64,000 bases of DNA from NCBI GenBank assembly GCA_964035545.1, contig OZ037769.1, positions 7,917,929 to 7,981,928 of the forward strand, written 5' to 3'. Position numbers and translations under genes: made by a program. Origin of the DNA: Bugula neritina. Taxonomy: Eukaryota; Animalia; Bryozoa. Below the pieces are notes generated by a model. The model searched no databases. It was not told where the DNA came from and saw only the letters and a program-made list of their open reading frames with translations. Below are positions 27,591-42,379 of this stretch, piece after piece; position 1 is the stretch's first letter, and each line of letters opens with the position of its first letter.

Positions 27591-27878
27591 ATGTGGGAAT
27601 ATGAGCAGTTGACGAATCTCTTGAAAGGAGAAACTGTATTGAGCAGTAATTGCTCGATGTTATTACTTCTCAACTATGCCCTGGTCTCATTGACAGTACC
27701 TTTAGTGCTTTTGAGTCTATACTACATGAATGACTTATTAGTTGTTTGGGATGAGCTGACTGTGCATTATACAGTACCTTCTCTAGTAGCTGAAGGCATT
27801 CTGTTTGTAAACCTCCTAGTGTCTTTTGTCCTACTTTCTACATACAACAACAAGCATATTCCCAGATTTATCATCTAG
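27591..27878 (+). CDS. Candidate two-TM microprotein uORF (95 aa)
   Basis: ATG-initiated, two hydrophobic segments, stop 7 nt before the C9orf72 ATG in the same predicted exon. Confidence 0.4.
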   Translation: MWEYEQLTNLLKGETVLSSNCSMLLLLNYALVSLTVPLVLLSLYYMNDLLVVWDELTVHYTVPSLVAEGILFVNLLVSFVLLSTYNNKHIPRFII

Positions 27879-27885
27879 CACTCTC

Positions 27886-30800
27886 ATGGCTCCATATACT
27901 ACAGCTGAGCTGCCTCGGAACAATCTATTACGATATGTGACGTTTTCAGTCTGGGACAACACTGTTGGCCCTTTGACCAAGCGCTTGTGGGTTGAATCCA
28001 CTTCCACTCCGGAACCAGATGAAGTAAAGCTCTTAGCGCGACTGGTGTTGAAGACAGAGGTCACTCGTGATCCCTCGTTGCCACTCATAGATTGTAATGT
28101 TTACACGTTACCAACTCTTTCAGCTTGTGCTGTTAGCTACTTGTTTGGAGCGGTCAGTAGGTCAAAGCATGGCAAAGCTGTCTATTGCATCACCTTCGTC
28201 TACATCTTATCTCAGCGGCCTGTGTACCTTCAGTGGAGTGAGATCATTGACTCTTTTATTAAACAGGGTATTGCACATTACAAAATTCTGCTGCACAAGG
28301 TAAATTGTATTACAACTCTGATGATCACAAGATATATTATCAGTTTTTCTGTTAGCCATTTATTCTTTCATATGATATTGTTTTGAATAAGATATGATGC
28401 AGGTATACATTATATTACTCTAACTTGCAGGATTTTGAGGCTCGGTGTACTACCTCTTCGTTAGGGTACCTCAATAGCATGATGACTAACTTTGTTAAAC
28501 TCATCAATCGCCTCGAATCAACTAAGCTGCGGTTTCCTTTAACAGTATGTATACTATCTAAACTTTTATTATATTATTTTATTCTTGAACTATTTCATGG
28601 ATAATTTTGAGACTATGCTATTATTTGTAACAATCAAGTTTAAATTTCAAATTGCTAATTTATTTAAGTACAGGCAGAATTGGATTGGTTAATATTAATG
28701 TCTAAACAAAGTTTAATTGACCATTTGGAGAGTTTAATGTAAAGCGTCGAAAAATGTCTTTCTATATCAAAATCAAATATAATTTTAGGCGGAAGGTACT
28801 ATGCTTGTTGAGACAAAAGCTAAAGAGCACAGCTTCTTATTAGAAGTAATTTCCTCCATGATACTAAGTTTTGGCAGAGTAGTAGTAGTCGGTTCAATGA
28901 AGGCCAAGGCATCGACAGACAAGGTAGGCGCTCATCCCTTTACTTCGCTATCCGTGGTGTCAGCACAGTGCCTTGTGTATTCACTCAACTCATATATTTT
29001 AAAAACAGGATCCTAAGATTACCGAAGTTGTAATGCTAAATTTCATCCTGGTTCATTTCCTTTATTTTGTTATCCGTGATTTCATGATGTCAGCGGATGG
29101 TTTAGAAAGTTGTAGTTTATGGTCTGAAAGCTTGAAATGCTGCCTGTTGTCTTTCAGTGGGTTAAAACTCTGACTGCTGTTCTGCAATCAAAGGCTGACC
29201 AGCAGAAATGTTTCACTTCAGCATCTCATCCTAATCAACCTATTATACCTAATGCCATGGTCCAGGCCGTCCTAGCAAACGATGTAAGTAGTTTTATATA
29301 TAATATTGTATATTGAACAGTAGTAGGATGTATGAGCAGATGTGATTTAACTCAATGTTGTCAAAGGCGGCATCTAGTTGTTTGTAACAGTCTTTATGAT
29401 GTCTGTGCGGGTCTGGAAAAGTAATAAACAACGATTTATTTTTATTGAATAATTACAGACATTCGAATAATGAGGAAATTTTACTTTTGGTAATAATTGG
29501 ACTTACCAAATATATTGTTGAATATTACACAGTTCTGCTACTGCTGCAGTTTACAAGCGTATCCTGGTAATTGCCCTAATAACTCAGTTTGATATATGCA
29601 TATGCCCTTTAACTCCTTGCAATAATTTACCCACTCATCGGTGTCAACTCTTAAATTTGGGGAATTTGAAATATATATATTTACGTTTCATTCAGAACTA
29701 TCACAGTAGTAATGAATGACATGTTGAGAGCACTTGCAGACACCTGCTTTGCCTAGTTACATAGACTATTCTCTGTTTGTATTGGCAGGACATACTGGCA
29801 GGTGATACTGGTTATGAGAACCTGCTCACTCTATTCACAACCTATGAATACCCTGTGACTATAGTCGATCTATCCAAGTATAAAGTTTATAGAACTTCAA
29901 CATATACTATGCATCAAATGCACAGGAATCTGGTAATAGAGCGCTATTACTGTGATATATTTAATACTGGTGCTACAGACATTTCTGTACGGTTAGTAAT
30001 TGTGTTTTTATGGTAAGCAATCGTTTTAGATAGTATTTAGATATTTTCAAATTTTTGAATATTCTTTGTTGAATATTGCTTTAAGATTGAAGATATAAGT
30101 TTAGTAAACTAGAGCTTCTTGCTAAGCAACCCTGGAAATGACTAAAAAAATTATAAGATTTTTCGACAAAATTTTATGCAACTCCACATTTTTAGTTTGT
30201 TGTTGAGATTTACGAGGTTGTTGAATTATTTTGTAAATATTTAAAGGAAATCTAATATTTCTTATCTATAAAATTTCTACGCTGCCAAACATCAGGTTGT
30301 TTTTATCAGATTAACAGTTGAAAGACAAGGTATTAACAATTTTTTATAGTTGCAATGTATTGCTAGATATTAATAGTAATTGAGCTGTTCTACCTAAACA
30401 TACATAATATATTACAATAGCTGCTTTGTGTTTGATTGATAATGTTGAATTTCTCGAAAATGCATCAAATCTGCCTCCAACACTTCTTATATATACTGTA
30501 CAATGAAAAGGAAGTTGTCTTCTTTTTAAAACAATAACAGCAATATAGTTGAAACGATAATACATATGATTATGGTTATAAAGGAAAGAAAACATTGCAT
30601 CTATCCTCTATAAGAAATCAATGATAATCCTGTAGTTTTTAGAAATATTTTTAATCAGGTAAAGCTAGAATAACATTGCCCCAAAGCTATTGTAAGATTT
30701 GTTTATATTTTTAGGCATCATAGCTTGACTTTGTTTGTAACTTTTTTGGTTAAATTACATGAATATCACCGAACTCTGTACTTACTACTTAGCAACCTAT

Positions 30801-33775
30801 TTTTTGTGTTACAGTATGAAAAAGTTGTTGAAAGACTACGAAATCTGCAGAAATATAGACTCGGAGTGTAGCCTTGTATCCACAATGCTAGATGAAGTAA
30901 GTATTGAAAAGCTATTCTTGTGCGAATATTGTTAGGTTACAGCTGTAAATATACCATCTGTTGAAATTTGATCAGTATAAAAAGCGTTATTAAATATCCT
31001 ACTGTGTCAGCCAATAATTGTTACTGTGTTGGCACGGATGCGGAGTGTGATGCTGAGTGGCACGTATGCCTATGTGTAGCACAACTCAACTTTTTGTCTA
31101 ATGCCAACGGTGTTTATTTCTCTCACAAAACACAAACTCAAACTGTAACAATTATTCGGACAATAAAATTTAAGTTTACCATAAGGAAAATTGAGCTAAA
31201 CTGACTCAAAAAAAATGAATAGTAAAAAGATATTGTGAAAGCTTTTACAAGCAGCTTTCATCACACAATACTTTTCTCAAAGCTACAACAAAAGCTCCTG
31301 CAGCACCTACTAAGCTCCTTCCTGATGTTAGTGTAACCTGTTTTTTCTTCTACGTATAGATCTATCTGCTTGAAGGATCTGAGGCTAAACTTAGCTACCT
31401 CTCTCAATATATGGCTTATCTTAACACCAAAGCAGCAGCGCTGGTGGATTTTGTTAAAATCAAAATGTGAGTACACGTAAAGTCAATATAATTGCTAAAC
31501 CATCGTGACCTAATTTATATAGCATTAAATTCACAAAAACAATGATTAGGCAAAAATGCTAATGGAAAAGTTGCTTCACAGGAAAAATAAAAATTACAAT
31601 TACAATAATTGTTATTTAATAATTTACTGCAATATGCTAATACGAGGTTACAATTAAAATTCTCATCATTACGGTCATAACCATTGAGTACCTCTTGTAT
31701 GTTTAACCTAAGGCTTAATAAAAACGTTAAAAGTGGTACCTGTAAGTGATCCAAACAACAAAGCCCATAGGAACAATGCTATATTTTCTGAAAATTATAG
31801 CTGGCTGTATTTTTGAAATGTCTTGTTTACAATATATTTTACCAAACATCTCTGCCAGTTTGCAGCATCACAATCTGATAGTATTACAGTGTGTTGCAGT
31901 ATATATAGGTACTACATTATAGTGAATAACTATGTATTGTATGATGCCCATGACACACTGTGGCGGCCATTTTGAAGCTGCTCGCGCATACCTTCAACGT
32001 CCTACTTTTTGCTGGTCACACTACAGTTCACTACGAACGATGAAAGCTAACTGTCTCTAGTCTCGCAGTAAACTTTTAAACCAATAGGAATGCCATAAAT
32101 CAGTTTCTGCAGTATCCGCAGTAACCAACAATTAAATTTAGCGCAATTTTTTGAGATTTACTAGCATAATTTAATAAGATTTTCTAGTTATTTTTATTCT
32201 AATTTACTAGCTTCAATTATTCAAAATTACTAGCTTTATTTAATGATATTACTTAGCTTTATTCAAGCTCATTCACTAGCCTAAAGAACTAAATAGTACG
32301 CTAATAAAATTCAACCGAATTAAAAAAACTAAATATGCAGATAAAATTCAGCAAAATTTATCTAATGAATACTTATTTTCATGATTTATTGAAACTTTCA
32401 TGCATAACTTCATCATAATTATTTTAAAAGTAAAATAATATAATTTTCGAAGAACCAAATCAAATAATAATGCTCGCTAGTAGCACGTGGAAAAAGTAAA
32501 AGCACTTAACCAATCAGGGTTTACCTGGCCAGTCAGTGATTGGCTGATCGCTCAACTTCAGCGATGACAGTTCGACATGTCGAACTTTCATCGCATCGCT
32601 AAAAACTGACAGTTGCGTTCAGAAATCAGACAGTTGTGACGTCACAGAGGTCATCGCTTAGCCTCGAAAACGTTTCGACTGTAGTGTGGCAGCCCCATGA
32701 TACTTTAAATCAGTTGTGTATTCTAATAAAAGCAGTTATATAATAATTTTATGACAAATAATTACATATCATATTCTAATGAAACAATAAGGAGCAGCCA
32801 TGGTCTAGGGGCTAGAGCGTTTGCTTAGTAAACACAAAGTCATGGGTTCGAACCCGACAGAGGCCATTTGTGATGTTAGGAAGAGCATCCAGTCATAATT
32901 GCTCCTGTGGCCCATCTGAATAAGTCCTTAGCCCAATTTAATCAAAAACTCTTTCCATCAGGAGTTCTCACAGGGATGGCAACTATAAGTTTGCGTGACA
33001 GTTTTTTGTGAACATTTTTAATCTTTATTGTACAACCAACTATGAGATCATTCTGTGTTTAACTGTCTGCTGTATTTCTAGGCCTAAAGGCGAAGGTATT
33101 ATATCCAGATCTGATGTTGAAAAATATCAATTTCTACCTAAAGACACAATTGAGATGGTTTTGAGTTTAGCCGAGATGTTAGAACCAGGTAAGTTAAGTA
33201 GTAGACAGTTATCTACTTGTGACAGTTTCATCCTAATGAATTGACTCCATTATCCTATTTTAAAAGTACCTGTATTTGATATGTGATACCAGGAGTTACT
33301 TTGCTGACACTTTACACTGATACTACACGGTATTATCTAATAGTGACTAATTCAAGAATTAAAGTATGGCCCTTTGGGTAGAATGTCAAGTTTTTGCTGA
33401 TTTTTTTTCTAAAAGTAAACATTGAACTATACTTCTGTAGATCTCATTAGGTTTGATTAAACTATCATTAGATAATTAGTACTTGTGGCTAACAATAGTA
33501 GGTTTGAGATGTATTTAATGCATGTAGCCCAAGGACATGTTTGTTTTGTAGATGTATCTAATAAAAGTAAAATTTCAAACAAATGATGTTATGATATTAT
33601 TTTATTATTAAAGTTATGCAGAAATAACTTACCCTAGATATTCTAGTAAATCCCAAAACTGCTAATGAGTCAATAAATGTTTGATAACCTCTGAAAGTGT
33701 TTTGCAGGAATTTATGAATGCATTGAAGATGATTGCGTGGATACCAAGTCGAGGATAGTCAACAATCTTATTTAG
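27886..33775 (+). CDS. C9orf72: C9orf72-like DENN-related protein (spliced)
   Basis: TFSVWDNTVGP..KRLW (cf. TFAYWDNILGP) and C-terminal LAEMLEPG. Exons ~27886-28299, 28431-28544, 28789-28923, 29158-29283, 29790-29986, 30815-30896, ~31255-31467, 33082-33188, 33708-33775. Confidence 0.85.
31945..32697. mobile_element. Putative non-autonomous DNA transposon (PIF/Harbinger-like?)
   Basis: GC-rich ends with imperfect inverted CACACTACAGT motifs, AT-rich core, possible TGA duplication; boundaries uncertain. Confidence 0.4.
32791..32998 (+). mobile_element. tRNA-derived SINE, full length
   Basis: Colinear, diverged copy of 12297-12506; head resembles tRNA-Thr (TAGTAAAC loop). Confidence 0.88.
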
Positions 33776-34229
33776 TCCTCACCGGCTCGAAGTTTCAAAA
33801 TACTGGCCACTCAAAATTTTTATGCAGTAAAGTTATTTTATTTCAACTTCATAAAGCTATAATGTTATTGAATAATTCTTGACTCATGTCTGTTTGTATT
33901 TAATAATCTATGTATATGTCCCTATTAGTTCAAGTGATAGCCGGAGCTTCTATAGTGTAATGCAGTCATTTGAATTTTTCTTATGGATTAGTTTCTATAT
34001 TTTCTAAATGAAATAATATCTGGGAAGTGCTAGTTTCTGAATAAACTATATAAATTATTATATAGTTATAATGCTCATGGAGTTTAGCATTGTTAGACTT
34101 CTGCATGAAACTTAACTTATAATACATTCACTAAAAATTGCTTTGATTTGGCTTTTTACCATTTTCTTGCTTTAGTCAACTTTCACATTACTGTTATATT
34201 TAAATTTATGTAATACTGGAACAAAGTGC

Positions 34230-34232
<3 letters not shown>

Positions 34233-34289
<57 letters not shown>
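34233..34289. repeat. (TA)n microsatellite
   Basis: Visible directly. Confidence 0.95.
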
Positions 34290-34292
<3 letters not shown>

Positions 34293-35758
34293 CTAAACAT
34301 TGATTTTTTACCTATATATGGTCGTTGCCTTTAATATGCATTTACTGTGCTGTGTACTGTTATTGTTTATGGTATTTTTACTTTTCTATGCGAGTAAGTT
34401 GTTTATGGTGCTGTTTTTCTATTCTAATTGATAATCTTAATTTGAAGATAAAATAGTATTCTTGGAATATTATAGTAACCTTTACCAAACCTAAATATTG
34501 CTAATAAAGCTCAATATTCCTACCCGTTCATTCAATGCTGATGATTATAATTATATATTCATAGTATGCTTTGTTATAGTATTATTATCTCACCATTAAT
34601 AATTCACTAAATACATTATGTTCTGTCAATCTCTCTCAACTATATTAGTCTGCAGTTTATCTCAAATACCTTGCTAGCCTAATTTGACTGTGATTTGCTG
34701 TGTAGTTATTTTGAAGTGTAAAGTAGTTTATTAGAAAATGAGTTCTAAGTTCGCCAATTGGTGTCTGTTAAGCTTGGCTGGCTCTAAAAATTTCATGAAG
34801 ATTAAAATAAGGAAATGAACACTATGAATATAAATGCAGTTACAGGAATACTGCATGAGAAAATAACACATTCAAAAATATACAAAGTTGTATATATATA
34901 ATTATGGTAATGCGTAAATATAGTAATTGAAGTCAAAATTAATTAACACTTTGCTCTAGATATAGCTGATCCTACGTCAAACTTCCTTTTAAGAGGACTT
35001 ACAAAGAAATGGAGACACTTGTCTTTGCTTTTTGTTCAAACTGTCTAAAAACACCTATTTTGCACAGAAACAATAAATAGCTTACGATGTACTATGCCTC
35101 CATCACATTTCGTAACAAAAGAACTGAATAAACAACTGTAAATCTGTACTCATGCCATTGTTAGTTATATGCTGATATACTATTCAATATAGACTCAATG
35201 AATTTCCAACTTAATACAAGCATAGGAAGAGGAGAGTGAAATGCAAAAAAGTAATAAATATAGGTAATGTTTTAGATGGAACTGAAAAACATTTTGCCAT
35301 GGCCATTTGGCTATAAAATACGAAGTAAAAAAGAAAAGATGTCAATTCATAGCAACCGCTATGGACACTATTTTTTTATAGATCTATAGCTATCTTTATA
35401 GACAGCTAGCAACACCTCATCACCAGGTGGGCTACACAAAGTAGTTGTGTAGAGATAAAGTGACTCAACAATGCACCATAACGAACCGCCCAGTTGGGCG
35501 TAGTCTGTATTATTGAAGTTGCTGCGCTGTAGTTGACATGCCCACTGTTGTATGTAAATGAATTACCATGGAGATGGTGCATAATATATTCCATTACTTC
35601 ATAACCTACTATGATCACTGCCTGCCAATATACTGAATAATAATTGATCCTGTGGTGAAGAACGGAAAGGTGGTGCATTCTCTTGGCTGTATTGCAGTTC
35701 TGTGAAGTAGTTCTGCCTTGGAAACTTCAGCTAACTAATCATTAAACTGTCTACAGCA

Positions 35759-38700
35759 ATGGCAGCTGTTATAGGATTTATCCTTCATACTGCAATTATT
35801 ATACTTCTCATATTCACCACTCTTAATGATCTAGGTGAGATTTGTTTATATATCAATTAGTAATTGATTTACTAATTTGCTATTCTGGCCAAAACAGCAT
35901 TTTTCACAAATGTTTTTGATTGTTTGACTATGTTATATACAGATAATAGGTAAGCGTTTGGGGGCATATACCGTACCATACAAGTAACAACTTTTAGCTA
36001 AAACATAGCGCTTTATTCCATTAAACCAATATCATAAAGAAAACATATTATTGTGATTTTTTAATCTTTGATTATGAAAATCTGAATGATATTCCCAACA
36101 TTGCAAAAAAACGTTTGGTGTACTTCTAGCTTACAGTTTGACCTCATCACCCAACATAATCTGCACAGAGGAGACAGATCGGTCTATTTCTCAAGTAGTG
36201 GCTGGAGTTATTCAAGACAACGACATACAGGATGACCGAGACTGTAAAATGAAGGTGCATGTACAGGGCAGTGTTTTGGTTGAAGTCATTGTCAACAGCC
36301 TCTACTTTTCATCTAATGACTGTGATGAAGAATATTTCTGTATCAAAACTAAAGAAGAAGAAAAGGTTCCGAATACAACCCTGTGCAATGGTGTCTCTCC
36401 TGGCACCAAAGTTCAATATAATTTCACTGCTAGCGAGGAAAGCGGCTCTGAAGTCATCTTTCAACTGAAGATGGAGGAGGACAGTGATAAGTTGAAGCAT
36501 GAGCAGAGTTTCATCAACCTTTCATTCAGCAGTAAGTTTTGCTCATAATACATTATTACTCACTGCAAGGTGGTTAACTAAAATATGGTTGATTTTGTCT
36601 CATGCCAGTTTATATATCACGAGTATTAGGCTAGTTAGAGAAAACTTTGCAGAGGCGACAAAATATGGCTGCTTTTCTCTATTGGAAAACCACCAAAGTA
36701 CAAGTAGGGCATGCTGTCTAATGTTGAAGTAAATAGTAGCTGCACCATGCATGTATATACAAATATTTATCAACTCTTATGGCCCTTAAGTTCCACTTGG
36801 TAAGAAACTAGGTCAAACTCGAGTCTTGCTCAGTCTTATTGCTAAACGTTTTCCTTCAGGTTGACCACCTGTCTAGGCATCATCCACCATTTATGCTCTA
36901 CTGTGCAAGTAGCAGTGGTGGTAAACGCCTACAGCAGGGGCCGATTGTCTATTCTAGTAGTAAGACATTGCTGTTGCTGAAGCAAATTTCTGTTTGAAAT
37001 CATATATTGAGTAGCAGCTGAGTCACTCAGGATTATATTATAATAATTATATAAAGAGCTCATCAGTATAAATATAATATAATTTACATAATAATATGCA
37101 AGACATCCGTTGCCCATCATTCACTGCTTATTTTTAGTCTATAAATTATAAGGTGACACATTCTATAGCAGCAAGCAGGCCTCCAGATAAGAACTGACGG
37201 GGTTATAGCTTATCAGCCCTCTTGATTTTACTTTCAAACCGCTTTATTTGTTCAAGTATTAGTTGACATCCATTTTAAACACTGTTGCCATAAATAACTA
37301 AAAATTTTAGATAAGTTTATTTTAAAGAGCATGTAGGCTACAGTGGCTTACAAAAGATTTATTTTATTAAAAAAATACAACCTGTATTAAGACAGTGGAA
37401 AGGAAATTAAATATATAAGTGTAGACAGGTTTCTAGTTTTGTTATAGTTACACTTTCTATGTAGTCAGTAAAAGCTGCATGTGATCAGCTGCAAGTTAAG
37501 AAAAATTTTGTATTAATGAGAAAAATATGGAAATATTTTTGCTACACTAAAAACATTTTGTAGATTATATACCAGTTAAGGAAAGTATAGCAAAAAGGGT
37601 TTGAAATTTTACATAAAGCACTTCAAATTCATATTACAATAAAGCTATAGTTTAACAGACTTCGACGTAAAACCTTATAAGTTAGCAGATACCCTAGATA
37701 ACCCACTACACCAGTGTATGGGGAGGGGGGGGGTTGTACACAAGCAATAATGGCTTTGAAACAGCTAGCATCCCTTGTCACTGATGTTGGAAAACTCCAT
37801 GACCCAATCATATCCTGGAGAGTCCCCCAGCGGTAGCTAATAGTCGCTATACATTATGTAATATTAAATGTTTTTATTGGACCCCATGCATATGTTTATG
37901 TATCCATCATCCACGGCTGCAATAGACTTAATTATTATTTATTGCATAATGTATACAAACTATACTATATTTCCTTATATATTATATGTAATATGTATTC
38001 ATAAAGTTACCAAATTCCACAGTTATAGCGGATGTAATATAAATTTAATAACTGAATGTAGTTTATAGCTACATCATAATGATGTGACCTATATTATTGC
38101 AGTCAGAGAGATATCAGCTGAAGAAGAAGCCTCTCCTTTTATAAAAGTTGAAGCTGCAACAACCCATCCAACACTTGCTGCAGGTGGTTGACTTACTTAC
38201 TCACTTACTTACTTATTTCTGATATGAGCTTGTTTTAAACTATAGTTGTACTTTTGATTATTAATACGTTATGTAAATAATATATGCAAAAAATTAGCTT
38301 TTCAGTTGCAATTCCTTGCAGTATAATTGCTTCAACACTGGCATTAACTATTAATTAAAATTAATATTGAAATCACATTATATTACCAATAGGCTTATAA
38401 ACTGCCAACTGTGCAAGATATATACTTTGCATTTTTCCAACTGAGTAACCAACTTTGCTAAAATTATTGCAAGCTTTATTTTAAAGATTAAAGTTTTAGT
38501 TTGGTTAATTGTACTTTTAAAAATTGATATTTTTTATTTTTATAACTCTTCTGCTTGCTACATTGTTGTCATAAGCCATAGCCTAACCTTTCGTTATAAA
38601 GTTTACAACTGGCAAAATTTAACTCAACTCACTCAAATAATCAACACACTAACCAATTACTTGTAGGTTCCTCAACTAGAGGAAGCACAATGATTATAGA

Positions 38701-40666
38701 ACCAAAGGATGCGGCAGCAGATTCTAGTGACATCAGTGATCAGTCATCAATGACATCATCCGGCCTGGTAACCAGCAGCACTTCTAGGAGTACGCCTAAA
38801 CATGTAGAAACATCAGCAGCTATCGTTAAAGATTCCACCATACAACGAGGCCCTTCTAGCACACCCTCATATTCTGGGTTGAGCAGTGATGACCACAGTC
38901 TAGAGGATGATGATGATGAGAAAGACTGGGATCCTAAGAGTGGTCCCAGCCACAGCATGAAGATAGACCGCAATGTGATAGCTCTGTCACTGGGGCTTGT
39001 TGCACTGCTCATGACTATAATTATAGTCACCTTAGTTCTCTGCTTGTACACCCGCAAGAGAAAGCAACTCAAGTAAGCAGAACGTCCTATTGTAGTTTTA
39101 GCATTAAATTTCTCCAAAATTAAGCCGTGAAACTAATATTAATATAATGGCCCGGATTTCTCAAATGCAGTTGAAGTTGGTCACAAATAAAAATAAACTT
39201 GCTTTGTGTTTGCAAACCAAAACAACAAGCTAATTTACTTACATTTGTTTTCATTATATTATTATGTAGTTTCTAGCACTTGCAGATATTAACACTGTGG
39301 TAATTTTTTTACTTAAGCAGCAAGTAAGAATAGCTGCTCAATAAAATTTCAAATTATTTACTCATTGATTATTTTATTAAATTGGTTATTGGTGAGAACT
39401 TGATAAAATGGCCCTAATTTTAATATCTTGTTGTTTATTAGTAGGCATCCCTCAGCTAAGAGAACTATCAGCAATGATGCCATAAGAAGCAAGCCGCAGA
39501 TTGGTAAGTGGATCTAAAGTGTATAATAAATAATTCATAGTATTAAAAAAATCCCATTATAGCTTTTATAGAGTTTTAATCAAATGTTAAGTATTTGGAG
39601 TTGGTATACTCATTCATACAATGAGTAGTGTTGTTAATAGCAAGTTCTGTGCATGAGTTTGCTGTGCATGACAGCAACAACTTCGCATCTACTGTAAAAT
39701 ATTTCAACTTGAATTAAACCTTTTTTTCTTTTAGGGAGTTGTCTGTCCAACAGCTACATTGGCTCCTTCAACAGACCTTCCAAGAAACAACTAACAGCTA
39801 CCAAATCAGAACCAGTGTACTATGCTGAGTACGCCGATATTGATGACACAATGACACAGCAAAAACTTTCTGCAGACAACTACCATCGCTTAGAATCAAT
39901 GAGCGAAGCATCCTCTACAATTTCAATTAGACAGCCAAGCAAAGTTGTGAAGCTATCAGAGAATAGAGGATTTGAAAATGAGTATGTTGACAATGATTTG
40001 GTGCAGCTTCAAGAATGTAAGTTAGAGAGCTCAGCAACGTCTGCTGCAAAGAACATAGCTCCAGGAGAAGATAATAATGGCTGCTTGGATCAGTTTGGCT
40101 ATGTAATTGTATTGCCTAACCTTTCTAATAAAGGTAAAGTGAATGTTTTCTATTATTAGCACTACAAACACGAGTCATTTATTTTCAATAATAACTCAAT
40201 GGCATAGAAATGAAGCTTTAGCTCAACAAGATTATACTGCAAGTTCAAAGATAGCATACATTTTGGTAAAAATATTAGCTTATTGCATAATAAAGTTTTT
40301 ATATACAATATTGTTTAATGCACAAGTGTCAGAAAAATTGATATTTGCATAAGAAATTTTTTTTCTTTTTATTAGTAAATGTAAATCATAACAATTACAG
40401 CCTTTCAAAACACCAGGGTAATACCTAAACTGGTGATACATACAATTAATATAAAGCTAGGTACAAAAACCTGGTGGTAGGTGGTATGGCATCAATGCAC
40501 TCTGGTGACGGTATAGCAATAAGATAACATATCATATGCTAAGTATTGGTTATTTTCTATTACAGAGAGTAAGCAACTTCCACCACCTGTTGTTACTCGC
40601 AGATTGAGTTCAAATGAAAAAGGAAGTGACTATTACGAGTACGTCGCCTCTAACCCATACAGTTAG
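35759..40666 (+). CDS. Uncharacterised type I membrane protein: signal peptide, degenerate CUB-like domain, Ser/Thr stalk, TM, Tyr-rich tail
   Basis: Exons ~35759-35834, 36130-36531, 38103-38182, 38668-39071, ~39445-39504, 39735-40132, 40565-40666. TM VIALSLGLVALLMTIIIVTLVLCLY followed by RKRK. Confidence 0.72.
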
Positions 40667-42134
40667 ATTACGCTAATATTTAACAGATGATATTATTAAA
40701 TACACAGCTTCATATTTGTATATACCGTACTGTGCTATTTGGTATAATGATTGTATTATAATGGTAACATGTAACTAGAGAGATTTATGTAGTTATTTCA
40801 CAACATTTGACAGTATTTTTATGTAGTATGCTTTTTCTAATATTGATAATTTTCATAGTAAACTCTAAAATAGTTGGCAAGTAAAATGTCTGTATGCTAG
40901 AATGCTTGCTTATAAACAGTTATGATATATGAGTTGGTGGAGTGACTGATACTTCCAATGGTCATCTGTCTTTGGCAATTTACTCGTAGTAAGCTACTTG
41001 TAGTCAGAAAACTTAATCAATTCAGGGCTTTAATCCTGATTAGTAACTGTTAGTTTTAAGCTATATCTCTAACTGTTTTATACCATGCATCTATATTTAT
41101 TTATACTTATAAATTGATAAATTTTAAATCTTTATTATAAATGCCTGCTTGAATAGCAATAATGCCATTACTAGATAATAATAACATAATAGAATAAAAT
41201 ACCAAATTTTATGTTTCCTGTACATAGTTCATCTGTAAAAAAAAATAAAAAAAGTCATGGAAACCGGACTGAATTTATTATGAGCTCAATTTTTACAGTT
41301 GTTGGCAACTACTGTAAATGACACAACATTCAACCGATTTCAGCAAAAATTATTTTTGACAAAGCTAAATTTCTCATAAATATGCTTCTGTTAAACCTTC
41401 AATCAAAAACTTGTAATGAAAAGCAACTTATAAAATTAGTTAGTGATTTTATTCTCATATATAATATAATGTACACACATAAATATCATAATAAAGATTC
41501 TGTTAATGCTTTGTTCATTAAGTCTTAAATAATGTAATACTTGAGAGCAAATCCTAAACACAAACAGGATTTAGTCTAACATGCCAATACTATGGTGGTA
41601 TTTATTATTTATTAACCAACAGCAAATAAAATGGAGAAAAGAGAAAGGGTTCAGCAAGCAAATTTTTCCGCCACAATGTCTATTTAAAGAATCAACTGTG
41701 TTTGCAGTTTGAATATACAGTTTGTTTTACCTCATATAAATTTGTTTTATTGGCAAATATTTTTAGCATGCATCACAGTGATTATGTTTACATTTTGTCT
41801 GTTTGAACATGCTCACTTAATTTCCTCTGAATAATTCAACAATCTTCGAGCTCAGGTCATTTCATGTTAATCCAATTATGATGGAGGTTGTTCAAGTGCT
41901 TGCTGTGCCATAGCATCCTGTAGGTAAGTAGCATACAATGTAGATTATTGCAGCTTTAACTGGGTATATGGCATATGATGTAGGATCGTCATTATTAGCA
42001 ACAGTGTGAGCACCTTCAAAGTCATGTTGTATATATTCAATACATTTCTCGAAAGTTAATCGAACAGAAACAGGTTTTGGTTAGTTTTGATGTTCCATCA
42101 TTTTACCACTGTAACTATTATATAATATTAGTGC

Positions 42135-42379
42135 AATGGCACAGGTAAAAATGGCACCGGTAATAAGGGCACAAATGGCAAAGTAGGTAATGATGGCACG
42201 TTTTCAATATTACGATTTTGGGTAGGGTTGGGTGTTTAGAAGTAGGGTTTAGGTTTGAGAATGATGGTTTGAGTTTGGAGTGTGGGAAAATTTATTATCA
42301 TTGTGCCATTTTATTTACTTTTCCATTTGTGCATTTATTACCGGTGCCATTTTTACCTGTGCCATTTTTGCTTAAAATC
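42135..42379. mobile_element. Foldback-like MITE with AAAATGGCAC subterminal repeats and GGGTT-rich core (copy 1)
   Basis: Inverted ATGGCAC/GTGCCAT arrays; flanked by duplicated ATATAATATTAGTGC. Confidence 0.75.
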
